From Acidobacteriota bacterium (GTDB lineage Bacteria > Acidobacteriota > UBA6911 > RPQK01 > JAJDTT01): a stretch of 64,000 bases of DNA. Below the pieces are notes generated by a model. That model had not been told where the DNA came from and did no database searches. It saw nothing but the letters and a program-made list of their open reading frames with translations. Shown in pieces: positions 58,678 through 64,000 of this stretch (positions are counted from its first letter, which is position 1; the number at the start of each line of letters is the position of its first letter). Made by a program: the position numbers and the translations under genes. The DNA is taken from NCBI GenBank assembly GCA_965263035.1, contig OZ253580.1:3488001-3552000 (forward strand), in the 5' to 3' direction.

Positions 58678-59168
58678 GTTGGCCCAGGTATGAACCACAA
58701 CCCGAGTGACGTCAAGAACATCATTGTCGAGCGCGGCTGCGAATGGGAGCGGCCACTCCAGGGGATGGCCCAGCCCTTGAGGTTCAGGATCAATGAGTTC
58801 TGGAATCAGCCTCTCGTCCGGCGCCTGGACTTCAAATGGGTCGATTCCTGGCCGGGAGAGTCCCTGGAATTGTCGATCTCCCCCGGCCCGAGGGTCAGTT
58901 GGACGTCGGATTCGCGGTCCTGTTCCTGACCACGATGAGGGGTGCACGACAAAAAAGTGACGACGCAGGGGCGACGCTGCAAACGCGGTCTGCTCCAGAC
59001 GAGCCACCCACTTGTCCAACCCTGCCAAGTTCGCTTTCGAGCCATAGACGATCGGTTCAGGTGACGAGTTGCTCCGGGATCGTCACCGCCGCGCACCAAC
59101 CCAGGCAGCGGGCTCCGCTACGAAGGTGTCAATGGGCCAATTACGGCGAGAACTCTTGCTCCGTACTG

Positions 59169-60506
59169 TTATCGAGGATCGGCCGCAAGGGAGGCCAGCG
59201 TCTCATCCGCGGCTTGCAGCGTTTTCCGGATGTCCGCGTCGGAGTGGGTTGCCGAGACGAAGTTGGCCTCGAACTGGGAAGGCGCCGTGTAGATGCCACG
59301 ATCCAGCATCCGGCGGAAAAAAGCGGCGAAACGCTGGAGGTCGCAGGCCTTGGCCTCGGCGAATCCGGTGACCGGTTCCTCCCGGTGAAACGGCGTGAAC
59401 ATGGAGCCGCACCGCTGGACCTGAAGGGGGATTGAATGGCGGCCGGCCGCCTCTCTCAATCCCCGGCAGAGGTTGGACGCCCTCTCCTCCATGGCGTCGT
59501 AGGGGCGGTCCCGTTCCAGGATCTCCAGCGTCTTCAGGCCGGCGGCCACGGCAATGGGGTTCCCGGAAAGAGTCCCCGCCTGGTAGACGGAGCCCTGGGG
59601 AGCCATCAGGTCCATGATTTCCTTGCGCCCGCCGTAGGCGCCGATGGGCAGTCCGCCTCCCACCACCTTGCCCAGGCAGGTTATGGGAGCCGTCAGCGAA
59701 AATCGTTCCTGAGCCCCTCCCAACGCCAGCCGGAATCCGGTGATCACTTCATCGAAGATGACCACGGCGCCGTGAGCTTCGCCCAGCTCCAACACGCCCT
59801 GCAGAAATCCCTCGTGGGGGAGCAGCACCCCCATGTTGGCGGGCACCGGCTCCAGGATGACGGCCGCGATCTGATCGGGATAGGCGGCGAATGCGTCTTC
59901 CAGCCGGTCGAGATCGTTGAAGGGAAGGGTCAGCGTCTCTCGCGCATAGCCCTCGGGGACGCCGGGGCTGTCCGCCAGCCCCAGGGTCAGGACTCCAGAT
60001 CCGGCCTGGACCAGCAGGCCATCGGAGTGTCCGTGGTAGCAACCGTCGAATTTCACCACCAGGGAACGGCCGGCATAGGCTCGGGCCAGCCGCAACGCGG
60101 TCATGGTGGCCTCGGTGCCCGAGTTGACCAGTCTCACCTTCTCGATGGAGGGAAACAGATCGCAGATCTTCTCTGCCAGCAGCACTTCTCCCTCGGTGGG
60201 CGCTCCGTAGCTGGTGCCCCGTTGGGCTGCTTCGGTCACCGCCTGGACGACTTCGGGGCGGGCATGTCCCAGGATCAGAGGGCCCCAGGAGCCCAGATAG
60301 TCCACGTAGCGGTTGCCGTCCACGTCCACCACCTGGGACCCGTGCCCTGACCGCAGGAAGGGAGGACTCCCCCCCACCGCCTTGAAGGCCCGTACGGGAC
60401 TGTTGACGCCCCCCGGCATGACCTGCCGGGCCCGATCCATCAAGGCAGTGCTTTCAGCGTTGGCCTGAAGCCTGCCCGCTTCCGACGAGTCGTTCCGGTA
60501 ATTCAA
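59169..60506 (-). CDS. hemL: Glutamate-1-semialdehyde 2,1-aminomutase
   Basis: PGGVNSPVRAF, NSGTEATM, GCYHGH, FDEVITGFR, LGKVVGGG and YQAGTLSGNP. Probable TTG start at 60506. Confidence 0.96.
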   Translation of the reverse strand: MNYRNDSSEAGRLQANAESTALMDRARQVMPGGVNSPVRAFKAVGGSPPFLRSGHGSQVVDVDGNRYVDYLGSWGPLILGHARPEVVQAVTEAAQRGTSYGAPTEGEVLLAEKICDLFPSIEKVRLVNSGTEATMTALRLARAYAGRSLVVKFDGCYHGHSDGLLVQAGSGVLTLGLADSPGVPEGYARETLTLPFNDLDRLEDAFAAYPDQIAAVILEPVPANMGVLLPHEGFLQGVLELGEAHGAVVIFDEVITGFRLALGGAQERFSLTAPITCLGKVVGGGLPIGAYGGRKEIMDLMAPQGSVYQAGTLSGNPIAVAAGLKTLEILERDRPYDAMEERASNLCRGLREAAGRHSIPLQVQRCGSMFTPFHREEPVTGFAEAKACDLQRFAAFFRRMLDRGIYTAPSQFEANFVSATHSDADIRKTLQAADETLASLAADPR

Positions 60507-60526
60507 GGATGTCCCCCTGGTTTCTC

Positions 60527-61525
60527 CTATTCGTTCCAATCGCCGCGTCGAATCCTTTCGGCCACCTCGCATGCGAAATAGGTCAGCAGGATATCGGCCC
60601 CTGCTCGGCGGATCGAAAGCAAGGTTTCCCTCACGGTCTGGTCCCGATTCAACCAACCCTGGGAGAAGGCCGCGCAGAGCGCGCTGTATTCTCCGCTCAC
60701 CTGGTACGCGGCCACCGGTACTTCGGACATCCGGCGGACCCGGTGGATGATGTCCAGGTAGGGCAGAGCCGGTTTCACCATGACCATGTCGGCCCCTTCT
60801 TCCAGATCCAGGCGAACCTCCCGGACGGCCTCGCGGGCATTTGCCGGATCCATCTGGTAACTCTTCCGATCGCCGAAACTGGGGGCCGACTCGGCCGCTT
60901 CCCGGAAAGGACCGTAGTAGGCGGAGGCATACTTGGCCGCATAGGAGAGTATGGCCGTCTCCTGGAAGCCTTCCGAGTCGAGGCTCATGCGGATGGCTGC
61001 CACCCTTCCGTCCATCATGTCCGACGGAGCCACCACGTGGGCGCCCGCCCGCGCATAGGCCAGGGCCTCTTTGGAGAGCAGTTCGAGAGTGCCGTCGTTG
61101 TCGACGCGGGGAGGATCGTCCAGCAGGCGGCCGCAGTGCCCATGGTCGGTGTACTCGCAGAGGCAGACGTCCGCGATCAGCAGCAGGTCCGCCACTTTTT
61201 CCCTGGCTTCCCGGAGAGCCCGGCAGATGAGCCCGTCCTCCCGGTATCCCGGGGTTCCCAGTGCGTCCTTCTCCGACGGTTCCGGGACTCCGAAGAGCAT
61301 CACTCCGGCGATCTCCAGTTCCCGGACCCGTTCCAGCTCCTGGACCAGAAGGTCCACCGAGTACCGGAACTGTCCCGGCATGGACGGGATTTCCTCCCGG
61401 ACGCCCTGTCCCTCGCGAACGAACATGGGATAGATCAACTGTCCCGGCTCGAGGCGGGTCTCCCGGACCATGCGGCGCAATCGGGGACTGGCTCGAAGGC
61501 GGCGGGGACGAATGGCGAGTGTCAT
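60527..61525 (-). CDS. hemB: Porphobilinogen synthase (Zn-type)
   Basis: RPRRLR, DVCLCEYTDHGHC, APSDMMDGR, YGPFREAA, MVKPA and YQVSGEY. Confidence 0.97.
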   Translation of the reverse strand: MTLAIRPRRLRASPRLRRMVRETRLEPGQLIYPMFVREGQGVREEIPSMPGQFRYSVDLLVQELERVRELEIAGVMLFGVPEPSEKDALGTPGYREDGLICRALREAREKVADLLLIADVCLCEYTDHGHCGRLLDDPPRVDNDGTLELLSKEALAYARAGAHVVAPSDMMDGRVAAIRMSLDSEGFQETAILSYAAKYASAYYGPFREAAESAPSFGDRKSYQMDPANAREAVREVRLDLEEGADMVMVKPALPYLDIIHRVRRMSEVPVAAYQVSGEYSALCAAFSQGWLNRDQTVRETLLSIRRAGADILLTYFACEVAERIRRGDWNE

Positions 61526-61566
61526 GGGAGATCCGGTTTCAGCCCGACTGGGGACGGCACCTGGAG

Positions 61567-61639
61567 TGGCGGTGGAGGGACTCGAACCCCCGACTCGGCG
61601 GATATGAGCCGCCTGCTCTGACCACTGAGCTACACCGCC
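61567..61639 (-). tRNA. tRNA-Met(CAU), elongator type; CCA not encoded
   Basis: GGCGGTG/CACCGCC acceptor stem with paired 1:72, GGCGG-CTCATAT-CCGCC anticodon arm and GGTTCGAGT T-loop. Confidence 0.92.
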
Positions 61640-61650
61640 AGCGGCGATCG

Positions 61651-61680
61651 AATATAACTGAACCGACGGCGCCATATCAA
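61651..61680 (-). promoter_or_regulatory. sigma70-type promoter for tRNA-Met (and probably hemB-hemL)
   Basis: TTGATA-N18-TATATT ending 11 nt before the tRNA. Confidence 0.6.
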
Positions 61681-61726
61681 CGCGGCCGGGGCGGTCGATT
61701 CGGCGCTCCTGCGGACTGGACCAGGC

Positions 61727-62986
61727 TCAGACGGCGGCTGAGGCCTCGGTCAGGGCTTCTTCCCGGGACTCGTACCACTGCCGGAAGACCATGAGGTTCG
61801 GGCGCATCACCGTCGCGATCTGGGCGTTCCCCATGAGGATGTCCTGGCTCTTGTACCCGTTGCCCGTGATCGCCACCACCACCGATTCGTCGGGCCGGAT
61901 CCGGTTCTGGCGGAGAAGCTTGATGGTGACCGCCAAGGTGGTCCCTCCGGCCGGTTCGGTGAAGACTCCCTCGGTCTCGGCCAGAAGGCGGATGGCGGCC
62001 AGGATCTCCTCATCTTCGGCCATCTCACCCCAGCCGCCCGATTGACGGACGTCTTGCAGCACGTAGGGGCCGTCGGCCGGGTCGCCGATGGCGATGGACT
62101 TGGCCACGGTGTTCGGTTTCTCGGGATTGATGTAGTCAAGTCCCTGATGGAGGGCCCGGATCACGGGCGCGCAGCCGGCTGCCTGGGCGCAGTGGATCTT
62201 GGTGTGCCCGTCGGCCCAGCCTAGTTGCACCACCTCGTCGAGAGCTTTGACGACCCGGGGAAGAAGGGTTCCCCCGGCCGTGGGAAGGACCAGGTGGTCG
62301 GGGAGGCGCCAGCCCAACTGTTCCACGATCTCGTAGCCCAAGGTCTTGGCCCCTTCAGTGTAGTAGGGCCTGAGGTTCACGTTGACGAAACCCCATCCGT
62401 AGTGGTCGCCGATTTCGGCACAAAGCCGGTTCACGTCGTCGTAGTTGCCCTCCAGGCCCACGAGTTCGGGACCATGGATGAGCGACCCGAGGATCTTGCC
62501 GGGTTCCGTCGTCGTGGGTATGAAGATGAGGCAGGGAAGACCGGTCCGGGCGCAGTGGGCCGCCACCGAATTGCCGAGATTGCCTGTGGACGCACAGGAG
62601 AAGACCTCGTATCCCAACTCTCTCCCCCGGCTCAGGGCGATGGAGACGACTCGGTCCTTGTATGAGAAGCTGGGATGATTGACCGAATCGTCCTTGAGAT
62701 AGAGTTCCTTCAGGCCCAGCCGGCGGGCCAGCCGGTCCGCCCGAATCAGGGGAGTGAAGCCGGTGTGGAAGCCGGTCAACGGCGCTCCATCCAAGGGCAG
62801 CAACTCCCGGTAGCGCCATAGATTCGGGGACCGCCCGGCGATCTTGCGGGGGTCCAGATTGGCCCCGATCTTCTCGTAGTCGTACCGGACCTCCAGGGGA
62901 CCGAAGCACTCCAGACAGATGAAGCTTCGATCCGCGGGGTAGCGGTGTCCGCACTCCTTGCAGCGCAGACCTGTCACGTAACTCAT
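61727..62986 (-). CDS. thrC: Threonine synthase-family PLP enzyme
   Basis: N-terminal CxxC..CxxC, LWRYRELLP, SFSYKDR (PLP Lys), CASTGN, EGAKT, KSIAIG.P and EGVFTE. Confidence 0.88.
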   Translation of the reverse strand: MSYVTGLRCKECGHRYPADRSFICLECFGPLEVRYDYEKIGANLDPRKIAGRSPNLWRYRELLPLDGAPLTGFHTGFTPLIRADRLARRLGLKELYLKDDSVNHPSFSYKDRVVSIALSRGRELGYEVFSCASTGNLGNSVAAHCARTGLPCLIFIPTTTEPGKILGSLIHGPELVGLEGNYDDVNRLCAEIGDHYGWGFVNVNLRPYYTEGAKTLGYEIVEQLGWRLPDHLVLPTAGGTLLPRVVKALDEVVQLGWADGHTKIHCAQAAGCAPVIRALHQGLDYINPEKPNTVAKSIAIGDPADGPYVLQDVRQSGGWGEMAEDEEILAAIRLLAETEGVFTEPAGGTTLAVTIKLLRQNRIRPDESVVVAITGNGYKSQDILMGNAQIATVMRPNLMVFRQWYESREEALTEASAAV

Positions 62987-63033
62987 CCTGCTTCCCCTTT
63001 CCCCTGTCCTGGCACGACGGAGGGCCCAACAAC

Positions 63034-63064
63034 AAAAAAAGCCCTTTCCCGCTGAGAAAGGGCT
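63034..63064 (-). terminator. Intrinsic terminator (riboswitch expression platform)
   Basis: AGCCCTTTC-N7-GAAAGGGCT followed by a U-run. Confidence 0.88.
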
Positions 63065-63078
63065 ACCGCGCAACCGGG

Positions 63079-63189
63079 CTTATCTTTCAGACAAGCGGGC
63101 AAACCCGTCTGCGGGAATGGGCACCGTACCATTCAAGGGCCGGTTGCCGTGACATCCTAGGGCCCGATCCCTCCGTCACTCTGGATAAG
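63079..63189 (-). ncRNA. SAM-I (S-box) riboswitch
   Basis: Minus strand reads CTTATCCAGAG..GGAGGGA..GGCCC..CGGCAACC..GGTGCC.ATTCC.GCAG..CTGAAAGATAAG, with P1 CTTATC/GATAAG. Confidence 0.95.
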
Positions 63190-63204
63190 AAACAAGAACA
63201 TGGA

Positions 63205-63234
63205 ATAATAGGTCGGCGCCCACGCAATTGTCAA
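63205..63234 (-). promoter_or_regulatory. sigma70-type promoter of the SAM riboswitch leader
   Basis: TTGACA-N18-TATTAT ending 15 nt before P1. Confidence 0.75.
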
Positions 63235-63313
63235 GAGCGGCTTCCGTTTGGAGGGAGGAACTTCACCTGCCGGCTCCTCTTGATCCGGGCCGCAGCAGTC
63301 GTCGAGCAGCGCG

Positions 63314-64000
63314 ATGGACCTCTTCGTGTCGGCAGTCTGGGACACCATCAAACGGTTTTCTCTGCTGAAGCCGGGTGATTCGGTGCTGTGCGCGGTCTCA
63401 GGCGGGCCCGACTCGGTGGCGCTGCTCCTGACCCTCAAGGAATTGAGGCTCGAGTGGCCGCTTTCGCTCTCGGTCGTCCACGTGAATCACCGGCTTCGGG
63501 GAGCCGAATCCGATAGGGATGCGAGCTTCGTAAAAACGCTCTGCCGGCAGATGGAGATCCCACTCCACGTCCGATCGCACCGGCTGAAGGTGGGCCCGGG
63601 TGAGAATCTTCAAGATCGGGCCCGGACGGTCCGCTATCGGTTCCTCTTCGAGATCGCGGCGGCCGGCGGGTCCGTCGTGGCCACCGGGCACAATCTCCGG
63701 GATCAGGCCGAGACCTTTCTATTGAAGCTGGCGCGCGGTTCCGGTCCCATGGGATTGTCGGGGATCTTCCCGGCGCGGGAGATTTTTCCTCACGGACCGG
63801 AAGAGAGCCCGGTCCGCGTGGTCCGTCCGTTGCTGGAGAGTGACCGGGAAGATATCCTGGACTTCCTCGAGCGCCGAGGGCAGCCTTACCGGGAGGATTC
63901 CAGTAACCAGAACCTCCGATACGATCGCAATTGGGTCCGCCACCACCTGATTCCCGACATGAGCACCCGTCTGAACCCGGCTCTGATTCCGACCCTGGGA
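63314..64000 (+). CDS. tilS: tRNA(Ile)-lysidine synthetase (3' partial; absent from the ORF track)
   Basis: Hand translation from ATG 63314 gives CAVSGGPDSVALL, HVNHRLRG, ATGHN..DQAET, VRPLL and EDSSN..RNWVR. Confidence 0.93.
   Translation, partial: MDLFVSAVWDTIKRFSLLKPGDSVLCAVSGGPDSVALLLTLKELRLEWPLSLSVVHVNHRLRGAESDRDASFVKTLCRQMEIPLHVRSHRLKVGPGENLQDRARTVRYRFLFEIAAAGGSVVATGHNLRDQAETFLLKLARGSGPMGLSGIFPAREIFPHGPEESPVRVVRPLLESDREDILDFLERRGQPYREDSSNQNLRYDRNWVRHHLIPDMSTRLNPALIPTLG

Noticed and set aside
61567-61639. tRNA-Ile2 (lysidine) because tilS is nearby, or initiator tRNA
   Set aside because: The acceptor stem starts GGCGG (G4, G5 rather than the C4/C5 TilS determinants known from E. coli). 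The 1:72 pair is intact and the anticodon stem lacks the initiator GGG/CCC, so it fits elongator Met.

Overview
GC-rich (roughly 60-65% by eye) bacterial chromosomal segment. It is most likely from Acidobacteriota, inferred from a GWxTD protein, an Oar-like TonB-dependent receptor, CRTAC1/ASPIC-UnbV proteins and planctomycete-type DUF1501/DUF1549/DUF1553 modules. From left to right it holds: two convergent CRTAC1-like genes; a catabolic block (PhyH dioxygenase, HpcH aldolase, TIM-barrel isomerase, three Gfo/Idh/MocA oxidoreductases, two sulfatases, nitrilase, DUF6807); a 7-heme cytochrome c-TPR protein; two divergent DUF1501/PSD1 modules flanking an AT-rich island and an amidohydrolase; a C39-like peptidase + TPR/beta-barrel pair facing GWxTD, PA2779-like and TonB-receptor genes; tRNA-Leu(CAA); cinA; a 9-gene MoxR/VWA operon; carD; hemL-hemB; tRNA-Met(CAU); a SAM-I riboswitch-controlled threonine-synthase-family gene; and a partial tilS. 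No transposase, integrase, rRNA or CRISPR array was seen. The best leads are a candidate PA2779-like precursor / C39 peptidase / TPR-barrel envelope processing system, a covarying GGAG-tagged REP-like hairpin family that overlaps stop codons, a SAM-regulated ThrC paralogue that may make homocysteine, and the MoxR operon carrying two protease-fold proteins. All family calls come from motifs read by eye; no database searches were run.
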